From Dehalococcoidia bacterium (lineage in GTDB: Bacteria; Chloroflexota; Dehalococcoidia; UBA2979): DNA of 64,000 nucleotides. The stretch lies in the NCBI GenBank assembly GCA_963667465.2, contig CAXXDN010000001.1:384001-448000 (forward strand), written 5' to 3'. The position numbers were made by a program, and so were the translations under genes. Below the pieces are notes generated by a model that had not been told where the DNA came from, made no database searches, and saw only the letters and a list, made by a program, of their open reading frames with translations. This document shows, piece after piece, positions 56,574-64,000 of this stretch (position 1 is the stretch's first letter; each line of letters starts with the position of its first letter).

Positions 56574-56842
56574 CGGAGGTCGTGCTCTACGGCCGCGAGG
56601 GCTGCAGCCCGTGCGTCCACGCCCGCGACGCGCTGCGCCGCCTCGGGCGTGAGTTCGCCTTCGAGCTGCGCGAGCAGGACGTGGACGAGGAACCGGCGCT
56701 CGCCGCCCGCTACGGCGATCGTGTCCCCGTTGTCGCCGTAGCGGGCCACGCGGTGAGCGAGGGCCGCATCGACTCCGCGGCGGTGCGGCGGGCGCTCGCG
56801 GAGGCCGGGCGCGCTGTTGACAGCAACAGCCCTCGTTCATAG
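56570..56842 (+). CDS. Glutaredoxin-like protein (DUF836)
   Basis: LYGREGCSPC, DVD...L.ARYG.RVPV. Confidence 0.85.
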   Translation: MTEVVLYGREGCSPCVHARDALRRLGREFAFELREQDVDEEPALAARYGDRVPVVAVAGHAVSEGRIDSAAVRRALAEAGRAVDSNSPRS

Positions 56843-56845
56843 CCT
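56817..56845 (+). promoter_or_regulatory. Sigma70 promoter of thrC-like operon
   Basis: TTGACA-17 nt-TAGCCT. Confidence 0.75.
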
Positions 56846-56909
56846 CGATTCACGCACCGCGCCCGCGCTGCGTGACAGGGGCGTACAGACAGGAACGCGG
56901 AACGACACG

Positions 56910-56987
56910 ATGAGCGAACGAAAGCTTCAGCTCCTCGCCGCCGCCGCCGTGCAGCGTCTCGATCGGGGCCACATGGTGATGCGCTAG
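56910..56987 (+). CDS. Putative 25-aa leader peptide
   Basis: MSERKLQLLAAAAVQRLDRGHMVMR*; lies between promoter and ThrC-like gene; 3' end forms part of a long hairpin. Confidence 0.55.
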   Translation: MSERKLQLLAAAAVQRLDRGHMVMR

Positions 56988-57035
56988 CCCGTGCGCCCCG
57001 CGAACGGCGGGGAAGGCGGGCAACCTCGCATCACC
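56975..57035 (+). promoter_or_regulatory. Nested stem-loop over leader-peptide end (attenuator candidate)
   Basis: ggtgatgcg/cgcatcacc, gcccg/cgggc and ccccgc/gcgggg nested stems. Confidence 0.55.
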
Positions 57036-57062
57036 CCGAACGCAGCCCGGAGCATCCCCGCC

Positions 57063-58322
57063 ATGTCCTTTGAACGTTCACTGCGCTGCCGCGAGTGCGG
57101 GCGCGAGTTCGCGCTCGCCGCGGCCTTCTTCTGCGAGTTCTGTTTCGGTCCCCTCGAGGTCGCCTACGACTACGAGGGAATCGCCAACTCGATCTCCCGC
57201 GAGTCGATCGCGGCCGGGCCCGCCACGCTCTGGCGCTACGCCGACTTGCTGCCGTCCGAGCCCGAGTACCGCGTCGACCTTGGGGCGGGCTTCACGCCGC
57301 TGCTGCGCGCCGACAACCTGGCGGCCGCGCTCGGCCTCGATCGCCTCTGGATCAAGAACGACACCGTCAACCCGACGTGGTCGTTCAAGGACCGCGTGGT
57401 CGCGGTCGCGATCGCGAAGGCGCGCGAGTTCGGCTACACCGGCATCGCCTGCGCCAGCACCGGCAACCTCGCCAACTCCGTCGCCGCGCACGGCGCGCGC
57501 GCCGGCATGGAGACGGTCGTCTTCATCCCGCACGATCTCGAGGAGGGCAAGGTGGTCGGCAGCGGCATCTACGACCCGACCCTCGTGATGGTCGAGGGCT
57601 CCTACGACGACGTAAACCGGCTCTGTACCGAGGTCGCGCAGTCGAAGCCGTGGGCCTTCGTGAACATCAACGTGCGGCCCTACTACGCGGAGGGCTCGCG
57701 CACCCTCGGCTTCGAGGTGGCCGAGCAGCTCGGCTGGCGCACGCCGGACCACTGCGTGGTGCCGATGGCCTCGGGGTCGCTCTTCACGAAGATCTGGAAG
57801 GGCTTCAACGAACTACACCAGGTCGGCCTGATCGACGAGCCGCGCACCCGCATGTCGGGCGCGCAGGCGACCGGCTGCTCGCCGATCGCCACCGCCTTCG
57901 AGGAGGGTACGCTCAACTTCCGCCCGCAGAAGCCGGACACGATCGCGCGCTCGATTGCCATCGGCAACCCGGCGGACGGCTACTATGCGCTCAAGACGCT
58001 GGAGGAGACGAACGGCGTCGCGGCGATGGCGACAGACGCGGAGATCGTCGACGGAATGAAGCTGCTTGCGGAGACCGAGGGCATCTTCGCCGAGACGGCA
58101 GGCGGCACCACGATTGCCTGCCTCAAGCACATGGTGGAGCGCGGCCAGATCGCGCCCGGCGAGGAGACCGTCGCCTTCATCACCGGCGGCGGTCTCAAGA
58201 CCACCGAGGCGCTGCAGGGCGGGCTCTCCAGCCCGCTGCACGTGCCCGCCCGCGGCGACGCGTTCATCGAGGCGTATGAGGCGCGGCTGGCGACCACCGC
58301 GGCCGCGGCAGGAGGCGCATGA
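57063..58322 (+). CDS. thrC: Threonine synthase-like PLP enzyme with N-terminal zinc ribbon
   Basis: CRECG..CEFC, NPTWSFKDR, CASTGNLA, VPMASG, GIFAETAGG, ITGGGLKT; true substrate uncertain. Confidence 0.85.
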   Translation: MSFERSLRCRECGREFALAAAFFCEFCFGPLEVAYDYEGIANSISRESIAAGPATLWRYADLLPSEPEYRVDLGAGFTPLLRADNLAAALGLDRLWIKNDTVNPTWSFKDRVVAVAIAKAREFGYTGIACASTGNLANSVAAHGARAGMETVVFIPHDLEEGKVVGSGIYDPTLVMVEGSYDDVNRLCTEVAQSKPWAFVNINVRPYYAEGSRTLGFEVAEQLGWRTPDHCVVPMASGSLFTKIWKGFNELHQVGLIDEPRTRMSGAQATGCSPIATAFEEGTLNFRPQKPDTIARSIAIGNPADGYYALKTLEETNGVAAMATDAEIVDGMKLLAETEGIFAETAGGTTIACLKHMVERGQIAPGEETVAFITGGGLKTTEALQGGLSSPLHVPARGDAFIEAYEARLATTAAAAGGA

Positions 58323-58567
58323 TGGCGAGCAGACCGGTCCGCTTCACGTTTTCGCCCGAGCTGATCAAGGAGCCGCTGATCTACCTGATCGGCCACGAGT
58401 TCGAGGTGATCACCAACATCCGCATGGCCGACGTCGACGCGCGCGTAGGCTGGGTCGTGCTCGAGCTCGAAGGCGAGCCCGACGAGATCGATCGCGCGAT
58501 CGCCTGGGCCGAGTCGAAGGGCGTGCGCGTGGACCAGGCGACCCTCGGCGACGTCGTCGAGGGCTAA
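58319..58567 (+). CDS. NIL domain protein
   Basis: EPLIY..G.EF.V.TNIRMADV..GWVVLELEG. Confidence 0.85.
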   Translation: MMASRPVRFTFSPELIKEPLIYLIGHEFEVITNIRMADVDARVGWVVLELEGEPDEIDRAIAWAESKGVRVDQATLGDVVEG

Positions 58568-58621
58568 CCCGGCTGCAAGCCCGCCCGGCCCGCAGGGCCC
58601 GGCATCGAGAGGAACGCTGCG

Positions 58622-58897
58622 ATGGCAGTGAACGTGCGAATCCCCGCTCCGCTCCGCACCCTGACCGGCGACCAGGAGCTCGTCAGCATCGACGGCGCGA
58701 CCCTCGCCGACGTGGTGGAGCACCTCGAGGCGTCCTACCCGGGCATGCGCGAGCGGCTCTGTGAGGACGACGGCGAGCTGCGCCGCTTCGTCAACGTCTT
58801 CGTGAACGGCGAGGACGTGCGCTTCCTCTCCGGCCTCGCCAGCGAGCTGTCGGCGGGCGACGAGGTCTCGATCGTCCCGGCGGTGGCCGGCGGTTAG
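58622..58897 (+). CDS. MoaD/ThiS/CysO ubiquitin-like sulfur carrier
   Basis: VRIPAPLR, FVNVFVNGEDVRF, C-terminal IVPAVAGG. Confidence 0.93.
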   Translation: MAVNVRIPAPLRTLTGDQELVSIDGATLADVVEHLEASYPGMRERLCEDDGELRRFVNVFVNGEDVRFLSGLASELSAGDEVSIVPAVAGG

Positions 58898-58913
58898 CCG
58901 GCAGCCAGCGCCG

Positions 58914-60086
58914 ATGACCAGCTCGACGATCACGGACCTCCGCTACTACCTGGTCCACCCGACGCCGCCTGACACCGGGCAGCCCGATCGCTATACCGCG
59001 GGCAAGAACCTCTGCTTCGTCCGCCTCGAGACCGCCGATGGCCTGTACGGCTGGGGCGAGTGCTACACGCAGTCCGATCGCGACATCCAGATCACCGCGC
59101 ACCTCGAGGCGCTGCGGCGCTACATCGAGGGCTGGGACGCGGCGCGCATCAAGCCCTGGACCGACGCCATCTACAACGACTTCGGCAACCGTCGCGGCGC
59201 GATGGACCTCTACTCCGCGATCTCCGGCGTCGAGCAGGCGATGTGGGACCTCGCCGGCAAGCGCGCCGGGCTGCCCGTCCACCAGCTGCTCGGCGGCGCG
59301 GTGCGCGACCGGCTGCGCGTCTACGCCAACGGCTGGGCGCGGATGGACGACCTCGACGAGCTGCAGGCCCGTGCGCGCGCGATGGCCGATCGCGGCTTCA
59401 CCGGGCTCAAGTTCGACCCGGTGCCGGGCAAGTGGCGCAGCTACGTGGGCATGCCGGAGCTGCGCACCGCCGCCGATCGCGTCCGCGCGGTGCGCGAGGC
59501 GGTCGGACCCGACGTCGACATCCTCGTCGAGGTCCACCGCCGGCTGAGCCCGTCGAACGCCGTGCGGCTGGCGAAGCTCGTCGAGGAGTACGAGCCGTAC
59601 TGGTTCGAGGAGCCGGTCTGGGCCGAGAACGTGACCGCCCTCGCGGCCGCCACGGCGCAGATCAGCATCCCGACCGTCACGGGCGAGGAGCTTTACACCA
59701 AGTTCGAGTTCCGCGAGGTCTTCGAGCAGCGCGCAGCCGACATCATCAACCCGGACGTGGCGAACGTCGGCGGCATCAAGGAACTGACCGAGATCGCGGC
59801 GATGGCCGAGGCCTACTTCGTCGCCGTCAGCCCGCACAACTACAACTCGACGACCGTGGCGCTGGCCGCGACGCTGCAGGCGGCGGCGACGATGCCCAAC
59901 TTCATCATCACGGAGTACTTCGTGAACTTCGAACCGTGGGGCCGGGAGGCCGCGACACCGGCCTTCGAGGTCGAGGACAGCCATATCGCCCTCCCGACCG
60001 CGCCGGGCCTCGGCATCGACCTCGACGAGGAGGTGCTGAAGGCACACCCGGCCAAGGAGTTCCCCGCACGCACGATCGGCGACTGA
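58914..60086 (+). CDS. Mandelate racemase/muconate lactonizing enzyme family (DgoD-like dehydratase)
   Basis: GWGE, WDLAGK, RVYANGW, LVEVH, WFEEP, TGEE, PHN. Confidence 0.9.
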   Translation: MTSSTITDLRYYLVHPTPPDTGQPDRYTAGKNLCFVRLETADGLYGWGECYTQSDRDIQITAHLEALRRYIEGWDAARIKPWTDAIYNDFGNRRGAMDLYSAISGVEQAMWDLAGKRAGLPVHQLLGGAVRDRLRVYANGWARMDDLDELQARARAMADRGFTGLKFDPVPGKWRSYVGMPELRTAADRVRAVREAVGPDVDILVEVHRRLSPSNAVRLAKLVEEYEPYWFEEPVWAENVTALAAATAQISIPTVTGEELYTKFEFREVFEQRAADIINPDVANVGGIKELTEIAAMAEAYFVAVSPHNYNSTTVALAATLQAAATMPNFIITEYFVNFEPWGREAATPAFEVEDSHIALPTAPGLGIDLDEEVLKAHPAKEFPARTIGD

Positions 60087-60270
60087 GTCGGGCGGAGTTG
60101 AGCAATGGCCGCTGCTACGCCTTCGAGCAGGCGACGGACTTCATGCGCAATCCGGAGCTCTGGCCAGCGGTTGCCTCGCCGCGTGCCCGGCGCGCCTTCG
60201 TCTCGGCAACTGACCGCTTCCGGATCGGGGTGGGGCCTGTGAGTCAACGAGCAGTTTCGGGGGCAGTCGA

Positions 60271-61356
60271 ATGAAGGTAAGCAACTGGACCACCCGCGTC
60301 CTGGAGGCCCCGGACGTCAACCCCCTCATCGTCGGTGTCGACCAGCCCGGCACCCGGGAGTTCGTCACGCTGGAGCTGGACACCGACGAAGGCGTGCAGG
60401 GCATCGGCATCACGTTCTTCGGCGGCCCGCTGACCCCGGCCCTGCGCACGGCGGTCGACAACCTCTGCGAGCTGGCGGTGGGCGAAGACCCGCTGCAGGT
60501 GGAGGCGGTCACCGACAAGCTGTGGCGCGCGGCGGGCGGCGCCGGCCCCGAGGGCATCTTCACCCTCGCGATCTCGGCAATCGACATCGCCCTCTGGGAC
60601 ATCAAGGGGAAGGCTCTGGGCCAGACGGTGTGCTCGCTGCTGGGTGGTCACCGCGACCGGGTGGTGACCTACGCCAGCGGTGCGCTGGGGCGACCGATGA
60701 GCGTGGAGTACCTCGCCGAGGCCGGGCCTCGGCTGGTGGAGCTGGGCTTCAGGCAGATGAAGACCCAGCTGGGCGCCGAACCCACCGCCCAACGCGAGGT
60801 GGCTCGCATCCGCACCCTGCGCGAGGCCGTTGGCCCGGACATCGATCTGATGTGCGACATCAACCAGCTCTGGGACGTGAACCAGGCGATCGCCATCGGA
60901 TCACGCGTCGAGGAGTACCACCTGTTCTGGCTGGAGGACGTGGTCGTTCGCGACGACTACCAGGGCCTCGCGCGAGTGGCCGACGCGCTGGCCACGCCGA
61001 TCGCCGCCGGAGAGTACGTCTACGGCATCCGCCCCTTCCGCCACATGCTGGAGCAGCGCTCGATCGACATCGTGATGGTCGACCTGCTGCGGGTGGGCGG
61101 GTTCACCCAGTTCCGCAAGGTGGCGGGCATGGCCGAGGCCTTCAACCTGCCCGTGGTCAGCCACCTGATCCCCGAGTTCCAGGTGCACAGCATCGCCGCG
61201 ATCCCCAACGGACTGACCGTGGAGTACATGCCCTGGACGCTGCGACTGTTCGAGGAAACCCCGGCCATCGAGGACGGGGCGATCGTGGTGCCGGACAAGC
61301 CGGGGCTGGGCCTCGCGTTCGACCGGGACGCCATCGAACGCTACCAGGTTGGCTAG
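60271..61356 (+). CDS. Mandelate racemase/muconate lactonizing enzyme family protein
   Basis: IDIALWDIKGK, LMCDINQ, WLED, AAGE, GGFT, SH, VEY, PGLG. Confidence 0.9.
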   Translation: MKVSNWTTRVLEAPDVNPLIVGVDQPGTREFVTLELDTDEGVQGIGITFFGGPLTPALRTAVDNLCELAVGEDPLQVEAVTDKLWRAAGGAGPEGIFTLAISAIDIALWDIKGKALGQTVCSLLGGHRDRVVTYASGALGRPMSVEYLAEAGPRLVELGFRQMKTQLGAEPTAQREVARIRTLREAVGPDIDLMCDINQLWDVNQAIAIGSRVEEYHLFWLEDVVVRDDYQGLARVADALATPIAAGEYVYGIRPFRHMLEQRSIDIVMVDLLRVGGFTQFRKVAGMAEAFNLPVVSHLIPEFQVHSIAAIPNGLTVEYMPWTLRLFEETPAIEDGAIVVPDKPGLGLAFDRDAIERYQVG

Positions 61357-61382
61357 CGAGCGCTTGGCGCAATCGGGCAGTG

Positions 61383-61411
61383 TGCTAGAATGTTGAGCAA
61401 CTTACTCGACA
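61383..61411 (+). promoter_or_regulatory. Extended -10 promoter overlapped by probable Rrf2 operator
   Basis: TGcTAGAAT followed by imperfect palindrome TGTTGAG-N7-CTCGACA. Confidence 0.6.
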
Positions 61412-61429
61412 ATAGCGGCGGTCGGGTCC

Positions 61430-61876
61430 ATGTGGCTGAGCAGAAAAGGCGATTACGGCGTTCGCGCGCTGATTGACCTCGCGCTTCACGACGGCGAGGG
61501 GCCGGTCCAGCGCTCGGGTATTGCCGATCGCCAGGAAATCCCGGAGTCCTACCTTGATCACCTGATGGCGCTGCTGCGCCGCGGTGGTTTCGTGCGCAGC
61601 GTGCGCGGACCGGGAGGCGGCCACCTGCTCACCCGCCGCCCCGCTGAGATCTGCCTGCTCCACGTGATCGAGAGCCTCGAAGGCTCCGTCGCGCCGATTT
61701 CCTGCGTCGAGGATGGTGAGGAGTGCACGTACGACTGCGGTCTTTGTGCCCAGCGCCCCGTCTGGGAGGAGATCTACCAGGACATGCGCGCCCGCCTCGG
61801 CGCGGTCAGCATCGCCGACCTCGCGGAGCGCGCGCGGGCGCAACAGCACGCCCGGGCCGCGCACTACTCGATCTGA
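61430..61876 (+). CDS. Rrf2 family regulator (IscR/CymR-like) with Cys cluster
   Basis: DYGVRALIDLA, YLDHL, SVRGPGGGH, SCVEDGEECTYDCGLC. Confidence 0.92.
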   Translation: MWLSRKGDYGVRALIDLALHDGEGPVQRSGIADRQEIPESYLDHLMALLRRGGFVRSVRGPGGGHLLTRRPAEICLLHVIESLEGSVAPISCVEDGEECTYDCGLCAQRPVWEEIYQDMRARLGAVSIADLAERARAQQHARAAHYSI

Positions 61877-62829
61877 TGACGACTACCACGCACGCCACAG
61901 CGGGTCGCCGCGCCCAGCCGGCGATCGCCGACTCCGTGCTCGATCTGATCGGCGCGACGCCGCTCGTGCGGCTGCATAGCGTCGTCCCCGCAGGCTGCGC
62001 CGAGATTCTCGGCAAGCTGGAGTCGCGCAACCCGGCCGGCTCGGTCAAGGATCGGATCGCGCTGAGCATGATCGAGGACGCCGAGCGCCACGGCCTGATC
62101 GCGCCGGGCGACACGATCGTCGAGCCGACCTCCGGCAACACCGGCATCGGTCTCGCGATGGTCTGCGCGCGCAAGGGCTACCCGCTGATCCTGACGATGC
62201 CCGAGGACATGAGCGTGGAGCGGCGGCGCCTGCTGGAGCGGTTCGGCGCCGAGCTGCGGCTGACCCCGGCGATCGAGGGCATGACGGGCGCGGTCTACGC
62301 CGCCCGGCAGCTGTCCGACGAGCACGGCTACTTCATGCCGCAGCAGTTCGACAATCTCGCCAACCCGCGCATCCACCGCGAGACGACGGGCCCCGAGATC
62401 CTCGAGGCCACCGGCGGTGCGCTCGACGCGTTCGTCGCGGGCGTCGGCACCGGCGGCTCGATCACCGGCGTCGGCGAGGTGCTGCGCGAGGCCGTCGCGG
62501 ACGTCCGCATCGTTGCCGTCGAGCCGTCGCGGTCGCCGGTGCTGCAGGGCGGGCGCGTGGGGCTGCATGGCATCCAGGGCATCGGCGCCTCGTTCGTACC
62601 GGGCGTGCTGAACCGCGAGGTCTACGACGAGGTGATCAGCGTGCGAGACGAGGATGCCTACGCGATGACGGAGCGGCTCACGCGCGAGGAAGGCCTGCTC
62701 GTCGGCATCTCCGCCGGCAGCAACGTCTGGGCCGCAATCGAGGTCGGCAAACGGCTCGGGCCGGACTGTCGAGTGGTGACGATGCTCTGTGACACAGGGG
62801 AGCGCTACCTGAGCGTGGCGCTCTCGTGA
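61876..62829 (+). CDS. cysK: Cysteine synthase A
   Basis: NPAGSVKDR, EPTSGNTG, QQF.N, GVGTGGSITG, HGIQGIG, DTGERYLS. Confidence 0.95.
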   Translation: MTTTTHATAGRRAQPAIADSVLDLIGATPLVRLHSVVPAGCAEILGKLESRNPAGSVKDRIALSMIEDAERHGLIAPGDTIVEPTSGNTGIGLAMVCARKGYPLILTMPEDMSVERRRLLERFGAELRLTPAIEGMTGAVYAARQLSDEHGYFMPQQFDNLANPRIHRETTGPEILEATGGALDAFVAGVGTGGSITGVGEVLREAVADVRIVAVEPSRSPVLQGGRVGLHGIQGIGASFVPGVLNREVYDEVISVRDEDAYAMTERLTREEGLLVGISAGSNVWAAIEVGKRLGPDCRVVTMLCDTGERYLSVALS

Positions 62830-62836
62830 GCAACAG

Positions 62837-62896
62837 CACGAGATTGAACAGCACGAGACCGGGCAACACGAGACCGGGCAACACGAGACCGGGCAA
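62837..62896 (+). repeat. 15-bp tandem repeat, four units
   Basis: CACGAGACCGGGCAA x3 (62852-62896) plus a degenerate unit at 62837-62851. Confidence 0.9.
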
Positions 62897-62957
62897 CGAG
62901 GAACAAGGAACGGATCGGGAGCATATGGAACAGCGGCAGGAAGGACGGCGATCGGAG

Positions 62958-64000
62958 ATGGCGGTCAGCGTCTACATCCCTCAACCATTCCGCAGGTTCA
63001 CGGCCAATCGCGAGTACGTCGAGGTGGACGGCGGCAACGTCGCCGGCGTGCTCGACGCGGTGAACGCGCGCTACCCGGGCTTCGACATGCTGGTCTACGA
63101 CCGCGAGCGCCGGGTGCCCGCGCACATCAACATCTACGTGAACAACCAGGAGATCCATGAGCTCGACGGCATCGCGACTTCCGTCGAGGACGGCGACCGG
63201 GTCGCGGTCATCCCCGCGCTCGCGGGCGGCGCGGCGCCGAGCACGGCGCTCACCCCGGACGAGGCGATGCGCTACTCGCGGCACATCATCATGCCGCAGG
63301 TCGGATCGATCGGGCAGCGTCAGCTGCGCAACGCAAAGGTGCTGATCGTGGGCGCGGGCGGCCTCGGCTCCCCCGTCGCGATCTACCTCGCGCTGGCCGG
63401 CGTCGGCACGGTCGGCCTCGTCGACTTCGACGTGGTCGATCTCTCCAACCTGCAGCGCCAGCTGCTGCACCAGACCGAGGACGTCGGGCGCACGAAGCTC
63501 GACTCGGCGGTGGACACGCTGCACGCCTACAACCCACACGTGCGGGTCGTGACGCACCCGGCGCCGCTGCACTCGGAGAACGCGATGGAGATCATCGGGG
63601 ACTACGAGATCATCGTGAACGGCGCGGACAACTTCGCGACGCGCTACCTCGTGAACGACGCCGCCTACCTGCTGGGCAAGACGCTGGTCGACGGCTCGAT
63701 CCTGCTCTTCGACGGGCAGGCCACGGTCTTCAAGCCCGGTGAGGGCTGCTACCGCTGCCTCTACCCCGCGCCGCCGCCGCCCGGCCTCGTGCCTTCGTGC
63801 GCCGAGGCGGGCGTGCTCGGCGCCATCACGGGCATCGTCGGCTCGATCCAGGCGACGGAGGTGTTCAAGCAGGTGCTCGACATCGGGCGGCCGCTCGTCG
63901 GGCGGCTGTTGCTCATCGACGCCTTGACCATGGAGTTCCGCGAGATGAAGCTGCGGCGCGACCCGGCTTGCCCGCTTTGCGGAGACGAGCCGACCGTAAC
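62958..64000 (+). CDS. moeB: MoaD-MoeB/MoeZ fusion (ubiquitin-like domain fused to E1-like adenylyltransferase), runs off window
   Basis: Not in ORF track; MAVSVYIPQPFRR...VIPALAGG then RYSRHIIMP, VLIVGAGGLGSP, SNLQRQ, CYRCLYP, RRDPACPLCG. Confidence 0.9.
   Translation, partial: MAVSVYIPQPFRRFTANREYVEVDGGNVAGVLDAVNARYPGFDMLVYDRERRVPAHINIYVNNQEIHELDGIATSVEDGDRVAVIPALAGGAAPSTALTPDEAMRYSRHIIMPQVGSIGQRQLRNAKVLIVGAGGLGSPVAIYLALAGVGTVGLVDFDVVDLSNLQRQLLHQTEDVGRTKLDSAVDTLHAYNPHVRVVTHPAPLHSENAMEIIGDYEIIVNGADNFATRYLVNDAAYLLGKTLVDGSILLFDGQATVFKPGEGCYRCLYPAPPPPGLVPSCAEAGVLGAITGIVGSIQATEVFKQVLDIGRPLVGRLLLIDALTMEFREMKLRRDPACPLCGDEPTV

Noticed and set aside
57015-57030. GGCAACC suggesting a SAM-I/IV riboswitch
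   Set aside because: Other conserved SAM riboswitch elements were not found by eye; an Rfam scan is needed to exclude it fully
62837-62896. Possible CRISPR array
   Set aside because: Units are 15 bp, contiguous and without spacers; no cas genes

Overview
Very GC-rich bacterial core-chromosome window. Gene content and the obgE-nadD-gyrB neighbourhood of dnaA suggest Chloroflexota/Dehalococcoidia (inference). It carries MoxR-DUF58-transglutaminase genes, a CIRCE/HrcA heat-shock operon (hrcA-grpE-dnaK-[Fic]-dnaJ-prmA-rsmE), rho, pyrG, purA, dapB/asd/dapA, rpsO-pnp, pepA, dnaA, coaX-coaBC, a probable oriC, obgE-nadD, gyrB, ychF, tatA, murT-gatD and lgt. It ends in a sulfur-relay cluster: leader peptide, ThrC-like enzyme, NIL, MoaD, two enolases, Rrf2, cysK and a MoaD-MoeB fusion. 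Four small accessory modules sit among the core genes with no integrase or transposase: a HYPE-like Fic-HTH gene between dnaK and dnaJ with an upstream repeat array, a Panacea antitoxin with an unrecognised partner, a MerR/DUF433-PIN pair whose toxin appears to start at AUA, and an orphan two-ORF pair. No rRNA, tRNA, CRISPR array or IS element was seen. All calls come from reading motifs by eye; no searches were run, and several starts were adjusted by hand.
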